From the IMG/VR virus record IMGVR_UViG_3300023172_000016, positions 26,914 to 90,913 of that record: a stretch of 64,000 nt of DNA, one strand, 5' to 3'. A model generated the notes under the pieces. It was not told the DNA's origin, ran no database searches, and saw nothing but the letters and a program-made list of their open reading frames with translations. Shown one piece after another: positions 47,907 to 57,980 of this stretch (position 1 is the first letter of the stretch; each line of letters opens with the position of its first letter). Source of the stretch: a virus. The position numbers and the translations under genes were made by a program.

Positions 47907-48821
47907 TTATTTAATCTCTGTAGGAATTTCAAATCCACCATTAACAAGGTATCTTTCTAAGTCATCCCTAATTTCTTGCTTTTTATCAGCGTGTACAAAA
48001 GAAGGAGACGAAACTATTTTCCAAGCGTCCTCGAACGATTTCAAATCATCCTTGTTTACACCACTCCCGAACATCATCTCAACAAATTCATCCGGATCCC
48101 TAGTAATAAAGGATGTTTCTCCCTTAACTGTCTTTGGACTTTTTAGCCTCTTTGTAGCACCTTTAAATGATTTCTTATTCTTATAAATACCATCGCTTAA
48201 CCTTAAGGCGTAGGAGTAAAAGTCTTCTATCTCATTATTTTCGTCCTTGGATATTACCTCTTTTAACGCGGAGAGTATTGCTTGGAACAACCAATTTCTG
48301 TGGGCTGACTTATACTTACTTTCTCCCTTTCTATAATCGGGGGAATAGAATATGAATTTAGCCCAATCCATATCCGAAATTGGAATAAGATCCAACTGAA
48401 CTATCCCATTAGAAGCATCACCCTCTATTGGCCATCCAATCGAAATGACGTTTATTCCCCTCATTAGTTTAAGGTCTGGCACAAAACCGAGTTTATCCTG
48501 TAGAGTTTCAGAAAGAATTTTATAAAGGGACCCTAATACATCATCTTCAGAAACACCCAAGCTTTTTGAAAGGAATGCTTTATCAATTCCAAGATCTATA
48601 TCACCAGAGGTATCATTTTGACTTTTTTTCTTTCCTATACTACCGATTATAAGGTATTCCTTATCTACCTTCCCGCCACCCAAAAGTGGGAAAAGAATTT
48701 TCTCAATAGATTCTAAAGTTTTCGGTACCTCGGACTCCTTAATCCTCCTTGACTCCTTAATTGCAGCACCACCTTCAAAAAGTGATACGAAATCTCCAAA
48801 TTTTAATAAGTTATTTGCCAT
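47907..48821 (-). CDS. Pol-beta-superfamily nucleotidyltransferase-like protein
   Basis: IGSIGKK...SGDIDL...VQLDL (GS, DxD, third Asp). Confidence 0.65.
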   Translation of the reverse strand: MANNLLKFGDFVSLFEGGAAIKESRRIKESEVPKTLESIEKILFPLLGGGKVDKEYLIIGSIGKKKSQNDTSGDIDLGIDKAFLSKSLGVSEDDVLGSLYKILSETLQDKLGFVPDLKLMRGINVISIGWPIEGDASNGIVQLDLIPISDMDWAKFIFYSPDYRKGESKYKSAHRNWLFQAILSALKEVISKDENNEIEDFYSYALRLSDGIYKNKKSFKGATKRLKSPKTVKGETSFITRDPDEFVEMMFGSGVNKDDLKSFEDAWKIVSSPSFVHADKKQEIRDDLERYLVNGGFEIPTEIK

Positions 48822-49314
48822 CTACATCAAAATAATTTGAAGCGGAGTAAACATAGTCTTGGTAAAGCTTCTGATCTCTGCCCTCTGGATTTCTAATATC
48901 AAACTTCTTCCCGAAGGTCGATCTGCCTTTTAGAATGGCATTTCTATAGAATTCTTCGTAATTTTTTTCCTTGTTTTTACCAGAAGCCCTAATTGAATCT
49001 CCCCATCTAGAAAGAACCTGTTCTTTGTTTTTTTCCAAACCATCAGCATCCATACTTGCTGCTTTTCCAGAATCGAATAAATCTGCTATCCCCTTTCCGA
49101 CTTTTTGTATTCCCTCAACAGCTCCCTTCACAAGCCTCTGTAAAGCTCCGCCTTCATCATAAGCCATTTGATATAGCTTTTCCTCGCCGGTTTCAGCTTC
49201 TATCCTCCTTCTGATTTCTTTGATTCTGTCACTGGCTCCGGGATAAATCTTATCTCCCCTGCTTTCAGAAAGAAATTGTCCGAAATTTTTAAGGTTCTGC
49301 ATATTTTTCCTCAT
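48811..49314 (-). CDS. hypothetical protein (possible internal virion protein)
   Basis: LKNFGQFLSE; GATATATA upstream. Confidence 0.65.
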   Translation of the reverse strand: MRKNMQNLKNFGQFLSESRGDKIYPGASDRIKEIRRRIEAETGEEKLYQMAYDEGGALQRLVKGAVEGIQKVGKGIADLFDSGKAASMDADGLEKNKEQVLSRWGDSIRASGKNKEKNYEEFYRNAILKGRSTFGKKFDIRNPEGRDQKLYQDYVYSASNYFDVDGK

Positions 49315-49339
49315 TTATCCTATATATCGGACTCCAGGA

Positions 49340-50863
49340 TCAAAGCTTTACTTTAAAAATCTTGTACTTGAATTTTTCGTTCTTGTAGATCTCTATCCTA
49401 GCGTCACTATGTTTCAGCAGATAGTTCTTGTATTTAGGAGATGAAAAATCGTCAACAAAGTCAATTACATTCACCTTATCCTTACCTTCCATTTTCCTCA
49501 TCCCCCTTCCGAGGCTTTGTTTAATTAATACCTCGCTCTTGTAAGATTCTACTAGGAAAATGTTGTGTAAGTTGTTAATCGAGATACCAGTAGAAAATGT
49601 ACCATAGGTAGCAACAAGAATCTTATTCTCCCCATTAGCCATCCTAGATTTATACTCCTCTCTAAGTGATTCATCGGTATCACCATCTACATAGAATACT
49701 TCCTTGTCATTTGTTATTTCCCTTAACCTATTCCATATCTGCTTACCATATTCATCTTTTACAGACTGGAAAAGCACTAGCGAATTCTTGGAAGTCTTGG
49801 AAATAAAGTCAACTACGTAATTTAGTCTTTTATCGCTTTCAATTACAAGTTTTCTCTCCAGGTTATAAAGTTCGTTTCCCTCCAGGTTTTGTGAGTTAGC
49901 TTTGAGATCAGCAAGCTTTTGTTTAATCTCCGTATCTAGCCAATCAAGCCTTACTACCTTAATGTGTACTGGAGTAGCGTGTTTATTTTTAAACAAGAAG
50001 TCTGGAGAAATTTCTACCACAACAGGTCCCAGAAATTGCTGGATAGTAAGGTGGTCTGCAGATCCTCTTTTGGTAAGAGTACCAGTAAGGCCGAATCTCC
50101 ATTTGCTATGCATACACTTAGCAACAATCTTCTTGATCGACATGGAGTTTGTGTGATGAGCTTCATCGACAAAAACAGCATCTATCTCATCAAAGAAATC
50201 ATCATCTTTTTTTACAAGCGATTGGAACGTCCCTATAATTAGGTCACATCCCTCTCTGAGTTTACTTCCGCCACCTATCTGTTGAATACGAACCCCCAGT
50301 TCTCCTACACCATAGTCAATAAAATCGTCATTCCCCTGGAATACCAGGTTAGTATTAGGCACAATCATTAGGAACTTTCTAATAAGACCCCTCTGCTTTA
50401 AAAAAGCAAATATCATGAAGGATATTAGGGTCTTTCCAGATGAAGTAGCTATCTCAGAAACAGAGTATCTATACTTAACAATTTTCCATGCAGCTTCAAC
50501 TTGATAATCCCTTGGGGTTATCTCCTTATCCCCAAAAAATTCATCCACCCATCCCTGGAATTCCTCAAGGGTGAGGTCATTTAAAATTAGATTTTCTAAA
50601 CCATCTATGTTTATCTCAATACCAAACTCCTCACCAATCTCAAGAACTTCTCTCCAAAGACCAATTGGAACTTTCCAAAAAGGCCCTCTCTTTTCTATGA
50701 AACAAATGTTGCCGTCCCATATTTTCTTTTTCACAAGCGGATGGAAATACCAATTGTGTATTTTTTTGGTTAGCGAGATCTCAATTTGTCTTTTTTCTAC
50801 CTCGTCATTTGCCTGTGCAAGTATAAGCCATTGTTGATCTTCTGATACGTTAAACCTCAGCAT
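49340..50863 (-). CDS. uvsW: UvsW-like SF2 helicase
   Basis: PRDYQ, ATSSGKT, DEAH, GLTGT, QSLGRGMR. Confidence 0.9.
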   Translation of the reverse strand: MLRFNVSEDQQWLILAQANDEVEKRQIEISLTKKIHNWYFHPLVKKKIWDGNICFIEKRGPFWKVPIGLWREVLEIGEEFGIEINIDGLENLILNDLTLEEFQGWVDEFFGDKEITPRDYQVEAAWKIVKYRYSVSEIATSSGKTLISFMIFAFLKQRGLIRKFLMIVPNTNLVFQGNDDFIDYGVGELGVRIQQIGGGSKLREGCDLIIGTFQSLVKKDDDFFDEIDAVFVDEAHHTNSMSIKKIVAKCMHSKWRFGLTGTLTKRGSADHLTIQQFLGPVVVEISPDFLFKNKHATPVHIKVVRLDWLDTEIKQKLADLKANSQNLEGNELYNLERKLVIESDKRLNYVVDFISKTSKNSLVLFQSVKDEYGKQIWNRLREITNDKEVFYVDGDTDESLREEYKSRMANGENKILVATYGTFSTGISINNLHNIFLVESYKSEVLIKQSLGRGMRKMEGKDKVNVIDFVDDFSSPKYKNYLLKHSDARIEIYKNEKFKYKIFKVKL

Positions 50864-50870
50864 TATTTCA

Positions 50871-51368
50871 CTATTTTATTGTACTCGCTCTGAGGTATTC
50901 TTCTAGAGCAATACGAGACTTTATCCCATAAAGCATATGATCTACAGTTTGTATAGTTTGGTCGATGAATTTTCTGTGTCCCTCTACAAGTTGTATTTTT
51001 TCAACGATGTCTGATACATCTCCCTCTATTAGGAGCTTAGTTTCATTAGACCCATATCTTACATCGCTATTAACCGTATAATCCTTTAATTTTGCAGCCC
51101 TCATTTTTCTCTCCTTTGTTGCAAGCTTACTTACAATTTGTGCAAGTTTATAACTATACTCTAGGAGTATTTGTCTAGTAGAAAAAAGTTCCACCTGGGC
51201 CTCAGCAACCGTCTTTATGTTTTTCAGACTAAGAGAAATGACCTGAATTTTTTCCTTCCATTCCGCTCTTTCTCTCTCGAACAGTTTACTGTAATCTGTT
51301 TTCTGTTGTTCTTGTTGTTCTGACATATTAGAATAGTTCATTGCCCTTTTTATTAGGCTTTTTTCCAA
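50871..51368 (-). CDS. UvsY-like recombination mediator
   Basis: Helical ~150-aa protein adjacent to uvsW, as in T4 gene order. Confidence 0.5.
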   Translation of the reverse strand: MEKSLIKRAMNYSNMSEQQEQQKTDYSKLFERERAEWKEKIQVISLSLKNIKTVAEAQVELFSTRQILLEYSYKLAQIVSKLATKERKMRAAKLKDYTVNSDVRYGSNETKLLIEGDVSDIVEKIQLVEGHRKFIDQTIQTVDHMLYGIKSRIALEEYLRASTIK

Positions 51369-51555
51369 GTTTTATTTCTTTTACCGATAACTCTACAAGT
51401 CTAGGTTTTCCAATATCTATATTAACTTCCTTGATCTCCAGAGACTCAGTTTCCAGTCTATCCAAAAATGAGACAGGGAATTTCAAATCTCCATCGTCAT
51501 TTTTTAAGCTTTCCTCCCACTCTTGGGTTTGATCTACAGTTGACATCTCAAGCAT
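51328..51555 (-). CDS. hypothetical protein
   Basis: 75-aa ORF. Confidence 0.5.
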   Translation of the reverse strand: MLEMSTVDQTQEWEESLKNDDGDLKFPVSFLDRLETESLEIKEVNIDIGKPRLVELSVKEIKLGKKPNKKGNELF

Positions 51556-52618
51556 ATATGAAATCGGATAAGTCCAATATTTCTTCAGTAAAGTAGTTAT
51601 CTAATCTCCTTATTTTTATCCTCTTCGCCCGAAGGTAATTTACGAGATCGTTTAAATCCCATTTCTTATTTATCGGTAGATCGTGGTCAAGCAAAAACTT
51701 TTTCCAATTAAACACCTTTTTGCCCTGCGATAGCAATTCCGAGTGCTTTTGTCGTCCAGCATTATCCCAATCGTACCAATATTGTACATTCTCTACATCA
51801 AATGGAAACTTATTCTCTATAGAGCAAAGTGCTACTGAGTTTTTCCAAAGCCAAGAATCCATCGGTCCTTCAAAAATTGTAATGGTTTGTTCGAACGAAA
51901 TCCTCCCTACATTGAAAACAAAAGAGACAGGATCTATCTTTTTAGCCTCCTCCACAATGTTTTGATCTTGGGTTTTTAGAAGCTTTTCCCAAATACCGCT
52001 AAGCTTATATGTGTAGTACTTGGAACCATATGAAGAATTCATATTCCTAAATTGAAGACCTAGTATCTCATTGTCTTTGGTTAGATTTAAAAGGTACAAT
52101 TTACCAGTTTCTGGATCCCAAGCAAACTTTTCATCAGTGGATTGATTCCTTCTGATAAGATATTTTTCTATCTTTGACCCTTTGACCTCCTGAAGGTTCA
52201 TAGCACTCATAAAGTCAGATCTTGGAATTACAAGGGATTTGAAATCAGCATCAAAAAACAAAGAAATATCAACGTCACCGTAAGTTGTTTGTCTCTTCTC
52301 CTTTCCTTTTTTTATAAGCTCAATGATGTCCCTCTTCTCTTCGCCATCAAGCTTAGTAGCGACACTGAAGTCTCTGAACAAACTATAAGCATCCTTATAA
52401 ATACCACAACCCCCGTTGTAACATTTATATGTAAGGGTGTCAAGATAGAAATTGCCCCTCTTTTTTCTAGGATTAGAGCTATCACCACAATAAGGACAAG
52501 AAATGTTAAGCCTATTTACAGCTTCATACATTTTTTGCTTTCCTACGTTACCAGCAAATTCCTTTCTTAAAATATCCCCTATAAGTTCCTTAATTCTCCC
52601 AAGATCCATAAAACACAA
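51548..52618 (-). CDS. DNA primase (gp61-like)
   Basis: CPYCGDS...KRG...CYNGGC Zn finger; FEGPMDS and YDWD TOPRIM. Confidence 0.9.
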   Translation of the reverse strand: MCFMDLGRIKELIGDILRKEFAGNVGKQKMYEAVNRLNISCPYCGDSSNPRKKRGNFYLDTLTYKCYNGGCGIYKDAYSLFRDFSVATKLDGEEKRDIIELIKKGKEKRQTTYGDVDISLFFDADFKSLVIPRSDFMSAMNLQEVKGSKIEKYLIRRNQSTDEKFAWDPETGKLYLLNLTKDNEILGLQFRNMNSSYGSKYYTYKLSGIWEKLLKTQDQNIVEEAKKIDPVSFVFNVGRISFEQTITIFEGPMDSWLWKNSVALCSIENKFPFDVENVQYWYDWDNAGRQKHSELLSQGKKVFNWKKFLLDHDLPINKKWDLNDLVNYLRAKRIKIRRLDNYFTEEILDLSDFIYA

Positions 52619-52649
52619 TTATAATTTATTACCAACCAGACAAAAAAAG

Positions 52650-52683
52650 AAAAGGGGGCAGCAATTCTAATTGCCAGCCCCCA
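52650..52683 (-). terminator. intrinsic terminator
   Basis: GGGGCTGGCAATT...AATTGCTGCCCCC hairpin plus T run after the SSB gene. Confidence 0.55.
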
Positions 52684-52696
52684 ATTCAAGGTAGAT

Positions 52697-53653
52697 TTAG
52701 AGATCTGCGTATAGGTCGTCTAAAGACGAAGATGTTTCTGGTGCTGATGGTTGTTGAATACCTGCACTCGGTGCTGGGGTAGAATCAGATCCAACTTTCG
52801 TTGAAGAAGCCTCTTTGTAAATTTCATTAGACGAAGAAGATGAAGTTGAAGGAGATGTTGTTTTATTAGCGCCTCCCAAAACTTCATTTACCAACCTGCC
52901 ATCAGGTACCGTGTTTTGGATAATATTCATAACACGATCGGTAGTTTTTTCGTCCCAATCTTTGTACTCAAACTGTGTAAGATTGTCTGGCCCAGTTTTG
53001 AGGTATTCCATGATGGTGTTCATATCATCCTGGTTTTTCTCCATCTTTTTACCGTTGATCTCGACTGGTGTTCTGTCACCAACAAAAGAACAAAGATCGT
53101 AGTTGTTCCATTCTCCAACTTTTCTTGTATGAACTGAGAAAAGCTTTCCTTCAAATAGATCGTACGGGTTGCAAGCATCCCCATATTCTGGTTTTAGCTG
53201 TGCTTCAAGCATATCATTTAGTTTTCTACCAAACTTAAAAACCATAATATTACCCTCCAATTCAGGATTGTGCTTGTCTTGCACAATTTGAATTAGTGAA
53301 TAGTAGTCTTCCTTTCTGGAGAAGCTTTTAGACAATTCCTGATCTGCAGCAGAATGAGAATTCTTTAGCTTCCAGAACATGTCTTTCAAAACAGATTTTT
53401 TACCAACTGTCGAAGGACAGTCTACTGGGAATCCATCTCCAGTGCTTGGATCGTTTAGGTAAACGTAATACTTGTGAATTTTTGACTTTGTAGGGTCAAC
53501 GTGATTAGGAAGAAAGCGGATCAGCGACTTGTAAATTCCATCCTTTCCGTTCTCCGGATATGGTTTGTAAAATTCTGTTCCCTCTGAATTCTCCTTTTTT
53601 GTTTTCGTTACGAACGCTTCTGCGTCCAGGTTGAAAATGTCTAAATTACTCAT
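52697..53653 (-). CDS. single-stranded DNA-binding protein (gp32-like)
   Basis: LIRFLP, FKFGRK, PYDLFEG, NYD; acidic tail LDDLYADL. Confidence 0.85.
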   Translation of the reverse strand: MSNLDIFNLDAEAFVTKTKKENSEGTEFYKPYPENGKDGIYKSLIRFLPNHVDPTKSKIHKYYVYLNDPSTGDGFPVDCPSTVGKKSVLKDMFWKLKNSHSAADQELSKSFSRKEDYYSLIQIVQDKHNPELEGNIMVFKFGRKLNDMLEAQLKPEYGDACNPYDLFEGKLFSVHTRKVGEWNNYDLCSFVGDRTPVEINGKKMEKNQDDMNTIMEYLKTGPDNLTQFEYKDWDEKTTDRVMNIIQNTVPDGRLVNEVLGGANKTTSPSTSSSSSNEIYKEASSTKVGSDSTPAPSAGIQQPSAPETSSSLDDLYADL

Positions 53654-53692
53654 GATTCTCTTAATTATTTTTTTAAATCCTTTATTTAATCT

Positions 53693-54475
53693 CTAAGTGT
53701 CCCAAAAGTTTCCCTTAGATTGTATATATGCATAATTTTTTTTATCTATTCGTTCACCTGTGGATTCAATTTCCCACACTCTCTTACCTCTTAAGGATAC
53801 CTTTACCATAGGGCGGGAAAGGTTAAATTCAGAATTAAGTATATGATGCTTTAAAAGTGTCTCTGGGTGAAAGTAAACACCAGAGAGAATGTATTCTTCC
53901 ATCATCTCGTAGAGTTTTGAGTAGTGTTCCATTGCTTCCCTACCTCCCCATGCAAAAATATCATTAACCCCGCCCTTCCAATCAAAACCGGGAGGAATAC
54001 ATATAGTTTTTAGATTTGGATCCAAAGGGATGTCGTTGTGGATTTTTATGTCCATTCTTCCTTTTATAATATAATCATATCTCTCACCAGTTAGGTTTTC
54101 ATACTCCTCTAAAAGGAGAAAGGACTGTCTTATCTTATACCACATCAAGAAAACCGAAACTGGATTTATCTCACCAGTTTGTGGGCCATAGCTTTCAAAC
54201 GACCACGCTTTATCTATTATCCTTGATATACCCGGGGATTCAAACTTGTCCATCTTTATGGTTACTGGAGAATAAAGACTTGCTAAAGTGTCGGTGCTTA
54301 GGGTGTCAGTAAGGTGGTGTGTTTCTGCATGAAGGGAATTTTTTATAGTTTCAGATGGGCTCCAGGTAGATATAAAAACATCTGGCTTAAACCTATCCAA
54401 AATTCTGCCTTTTAAGTAGGGAAAGGTTTCTTTTGCCTCCCTAATCTGGCCAGGAAGTAAAAGAGCTACTTTCAT
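53693..54475 (-). CDS. hypothetical glycan-biosynthesis protein
   Basis: KVALLLPGQIR, DVFISTW, YDYIIKGRMD, NDIFAWG, HPETLL. Confidence 0.6.
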   Translation of the reverse strand: MKVALLLPGQIREAKETFPYLKGRILDRFKPDVFISTWSPSETIKNSLHAETHHLTDTLSTDTLASLYSPVTIKMDKFESPGISRIIDKAWSFESYGPQTGEINPVSVFLMWYKIRQSFLLLEEYENLTGERYDYIIKGRMDIKIHNDIPLDPNLKTICIPPGFDWKGGVNDIFAWGGREAMEHYSKLYEMMEEYILSGVYFHPETLLKHHILNSEFNLSRPMVKVSLRGKRVWEIESTGERIDKKNYAYIQSKGNFWDT

Positions 54476-54920
54476 TTGTACTTAAAAATTTGTACTTCTC
54501 TATATAATCTGAGCAAATTCCACAACATCCGTTAACAGGATCATCATAGATCTCAGGAAGAACTGCGATACTTTTATTTATGGGCTGATTTCCAGGGAAA
54601 GCCCAAATGAAAGACTTAGAAGTAAGAGTTATTCTGTCTTGTTCATGCCAAAATACATTGAATTCAACATACTCCTTTAGATACACAAGGGCAGAGATGT
54701 TTTTGCAGTGGATCCAAAGGTTGTCTGATCTCTCCATAAGCCAATCTAAGGAGACCTTAGAATTTGGGGAATCGTGTCCTAAATAAAGTGAAGATCCAGA
54801 TATCCAAACATCTATCTCCACATCATAACCAAGATCAAGAGCTTCTTGTATGTAGTCAAGGTTGTTCTCTCTTGATGGTATTGGCCCCTTTATATTTCCC
54901 CGGTGTGATATTAGTCTCAT
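54441..54920 (-). CDS. GDPD/PLC-like phosphodiesterase
   Basis: ISHRGN, EN, VEIDVW, LGHD, ICSD. Confidence 0.75.
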   Translation of the reverse strand: MRLISHRGNIKGPIPSRENNLDYIQEALDLGYDVEIDVWISGSSLYLGHDSPNSKVSLDWLMERSDNLWIHCKNISALVYLKEYVEFNVFWHEQDRITLTSKSFIWAFPGNQPINKSIAVLPEIYDDPVNGCCGICSDYIEKYKFLSTNESSSFTSWPD

Positions 54921-54921
54921 C

Positions 54922-56157
54922 CTAAAATATCCTGTAATCTAGGTCTTTAGAAAATGTTCTTTTTCCCCATTTCTTTATGGCACAAACATATTCCTCTTCT
55001 TGGAAATCATTATTGATGGCTTGCTTCATTGCCAAGCCACCAGCTCTAGTTCCCATTGGATGTCCATGCATAGCTCCTCCAACATTAGCCATCCAATCCA
55101 CACTATGTATAGATTCATTGATATAATCAACCAGACCAGGATGCATTCCACAACTGAGAGCTGGAACTATATTGTAATGCCAGAGGACTTTTAGAGTATC
55201 CCGTATCTCATCATCATCCTGGTTCATATAACCTCCAATCATTCCAGCATGTATAGAATCCACACCAGACCATCCAGCAATTTTACAAATCACAGGCCAG
55301 TAGATGTGGAATGGTGCCCTTTTGTCAGTAAAGAATTTATCACCACTTTTTTGAAAATGTATCCATAGGTTAGGGTTTTGCTTCCTTATAGCACGATATA
55401 CCCCAAGACCGCTCCAGACATTTATGTGGATTCCGTTCCCGCCATTATTTGCAACAAAATTTGCTCTCTCCAAAGCATATGGGCTATCACCATTTATACA
55501 AAAGCAATAAATAACATCTGGTGCATTCTCTTTCAACCAGGAAGAAATAAGTGGAACCCTTTCCTCAAAAGGACAATGACTAGGATTCCCTAAGAGCTCG
55601 TCTTCTTTTATGAAATTAACTCCTCCGTAGACCATCTCCTTTACTGCCTCTAGAAGAACCTCCGGACTCATACCAACTTTAGGCTTAATAATACCCCCAA
55701 AGAATGGCTTATCTATAACATTATTGAATCTTCTAAACCCATCTATACCATAAGCAGGGGCAAGAGAAAAATCAGATTCTACCTTATCAGGAAGGCTAAT
55801 ATCTAAAATATGACATTTTACAATTTCTTCGATGTCCACCTGTCCACCAGCTATATGACAAAGAATTTGGGATATTCCATCCTCCTCAAGGTTAATATTG
55901 TCAAGAGGGAATGCAATGGAAACTTCCCCAGATTTTTTTTGGGATAACTTCTTCTCGTCATCCAAAACGAAGCAGCTGTGATCCAAAAACATCTGATCGG
56001 TTTCCCAAATGCTCCTATTATTAGGATTGCCAATACTTTGACCTATTGCAAGATTCCAGGAAGCATCCCTTAATGATGTTTTAGCCTCTAGAAAATATCT
56101 TACTACAAAGTACTTTTGAACATCCAACGATTCTTCTTTTGTGAATATACTTATCAT
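54922..56157 (-). CDS. RuBisCO-like protein (form IV)
   Basis: GIIKPKVG, FIKEDE, DSIHAG, LSCGMHPG, GGAMHGHP. Confidence 0.9.
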   Translation of the reverse strand: MISIFTKEESLDVQKYFVVRYFLEAKTSLRDASWNLAIGQSIGNPNNRSIWETDQMFLDHSCFVLDDEKKLSQKKSGEVSIAFPLDNINLEEDGISQILCHIAGGQVDIEEIVKCHILDISLPDKVESDFSLAPAYGIDGFRRFNNVIDKPFFGGIIKPKVGMSPEVLLEAVKEMVYGGVNFIKEDELLGNPSHCPFEERVPLISSWLKENAPDVIYCFCINGDSPYALERANFVANNGGNGIHINVWSGLGVYRAIRKQNPNLWIHFQKSGDKFFTDKRAPFHIYWPVICKIAGWSGVDSIHAGMIGGYMNQDDDEIRDTLKVLWHYNIVPALSCGMHPGLVDYINESIHSVDWMANVGGAMHGHPMGTRAGGLAMKQAINNDFQEEEYVCAIKKWGKRTFSKDLDYRIF

Positions 56158-56480
56158 TTTACAATAAATTTATCTCCTGGTACTGATGGAGTTTTTACTA
56201 TAAAGACCTCGCAATCTTCAAGAAAAACTGGGTCCGCAACTTCACCTTTCCTAAGTATGAATATGTCGCCTGCTACTAATTCAGTTCCTTGTATAATCAT
56301 TTTACCACTTCTCAGGAAATTTATTTCATCCGCCTCCTTGTGATAATGCTTAGGCCAATCTTCACCTTGGATATGCTTCTTGTAGCAAACCTCAAAATCA
56401 CTTGTAGGAAAAGCAACAGGAGAGAAATTACCTGCGTACCAACCTCCTTGCATATTATCAATCTTAAATACTTCCATCAA
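56154..56480 (-). CDS. cupin-domain protein
   Basis: GWYAGNF, HYHKEADEIN, KTPSVPGDK. Confidence 0.75.
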   Translation of the reverse strand: MMEVFKIDNMQGGWYAGNFSPVAFPTSDFEVCYKKHIQGEDWPKHYHKEADEINFLRSGKMIIQGTELVAGDIFILRKGEVADPVFLEDCEVFIVKTPSVPGDKFIVK

Positions 56481-57199
56481 TTTACAATTCCTAAATATCT
56501 TTTTAAATCCTCGGGTGTACCGATCGGAAAGTGAAGGTTATAGAAGAATGGAAGTATTTTCTTTCCCTTTTTTATAAGATAATTATATGTAGGGGCAACA
56601 TAGAATTCGTTGTTGTAGCGATCGTTCAGTAAAATCATCTCCTCCGCAGAATGAACGAAATCTGATCCTTTGCTCCAAAAGTGTAATCCATTGGTAGCAA
56701 TGTTTGATATTACTATTTTTTCTTTGACATCACAAACCTCGCCGTTGGGATCCAATTTTACATAACTGTTCTTCTTAGAAGATGAAAGAAAACATCCAAG
56801 CAATCCGTCACATCCAGTAACCCCGACAAAGTCAATAATGTTATCGAGATCATAATCCAATATAACCTGGTCACAGTTGATGACCATCAAAGGATCTTCG
56901 TTGTTTATTAAATCCTTTGCAACCAAAACAGTAGAAGCGGGTCCTTCAGTTAGCTTACTAACAGATCTTGTTTCATAAGTAATATTAAGATCACTTATGT
57001 GTTTCTCAAAATCTGACACGGACACGAATTCCTCGTTGATAACGAAAATGAAATTAGCAGAGGGATGATTTAGGTTCCTCACCACTGCTTTAATCATAGG
57101 TTCTCCGTTAACATCTATAAAAGGCTTCGGAGTTGCATAGCCTGCATCAGAAAACCTTTTTCCTGCACCTCCGAGAGGTATAAGTATATTAATCTTCAC
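56477..57199 (-). CDS. sugar-phosphate nucleotidyltransferase (NTP_transferase)
   Basis: IPLGGAGKRF...PKPFI, NCDQ, EK, NNEFYVAP, GTPEDL. Confidence 0.85.
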   Translation of the reverse strand: MKINILIPLGGAGKRFSDAGYATPKPFIDVNGEPMIKAVVRNLNHPSANFIFVINEEFVSVSDFEKHISDLNITYETRSVSKLTEGPASTVLVAKDLINNEDPLMVINCDQVILDYDLDNIIDFVGVTGCDGLLGCFLSSSKKNSYVKLDPNGEVCDVKEKIVISNIATNGLHFWSKGSDFVHSAEEMILLNDRYNNEFYVAPTYNYLIKKGKKILPFFYNLHFPIGTPEDLKRYLGIVN

Positions 57200-57869
57200 T
57201 TTTTTCTTTTATAGAGTCATATAAATAGAGACAAGTCCAAGTAGCATCTATAATGTCATCGAGTGGCTTGTTCACATTACCCGAAGGTGTAATCCATTCG
57301 TCCTTATTGTCATCTAATATGTTAGTAAAAGATTTTAGATTAGTTTCCAGGAATTCCTTTTCAACAAGAGCGTTATAGAGTTCGTGCTTTTTAGCATTGC
57401 CCTTGAACGCAAACTTTTTTATTGAGGTTGGAGAATAGACATAAAAGTTGTCGCTACCTGTGTGATCTACAATCTTTTTCCTAAGCAAAGCAGTAGCCAT
57501 AGAAATGTCAATGAGAGCGTTACCGTTGGAAGCAAAGCTTAATCCCTCCATAGCAACTATAACGTCATCACCACCACAAATATCTTCTATCTCCAACCAA
57601 AATTTATCCACGAGATCTTGGAAATAATCGATCTTGATTCTTTCCCTCTCTGAATAATCCTTTGGCATTTTATCTTTGCCCATGAAAAGGAGTACATAAT
57701 CCTCAGACTTATCCTCAGATAAAATGTGATAAGGCTTTTTGGTATTCTTCTTTAGAGATTCTGGTGTCCTTTCACTTCTTGTTAAGGATCCCCATGTAAA
57801 CTCGTTATCTCTAAAAACACAAAATGCTGGGGAGTTAAGTGAAAAGTCTATTCCGACTAACGTTTTCAA
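57189..57869 (-). CDS. RuvC-like Holliday junction resolvase
   Basis: VGIDFS, AMEG, PTSIKKFA...GNAKK, DDIIDA. Confidence 0.8.
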   Translation of the reverse strand: MKTLVGIDFSLNSPAFCVFRDNEFTWGSLTRSERTPESLKKNTKKPYHILSEDKSEDYVLLFMGKDKMPKDYSERERIKIDYFQDLVDKFWLEIEDICGGDDVIVAMEGLSFASNGNALIDISMATALLRKKIVDHTGSDNFYVYSPTSIKKFAFKGNAKKHELYNALVEKEFLETNLKSFTNILDDNKDEWITPSGNVNKPLDDIIDATWTCLYLYDSIKEKSED

Positions 57870-57907
57870 AATGAAATTATTTAAAAGTGCAACTTATATA
57901 TCGACAC

Positions 57908-57936
57908 AAAAAAGCCCTCCACATTGGAAGGGCTTT
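57908..57936 (-). terminator. intrinsic terminator
   Basis: AAAGCCCTTCCA...TGGAGGGCTTT plus T run. Confidence 0.6.
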
Positions 57937-57980
57937 GGTCCTCGGATAAACATCTGAGAAGGGGCGTACTTAAAGATCTA

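Noticed and set aside
54922-56157. Phage CO2-fixing RuBisCO
   Set aside because: Carboxylase residues appear substituted, and no small subunit or phosphoribulokinase gene is in the window.
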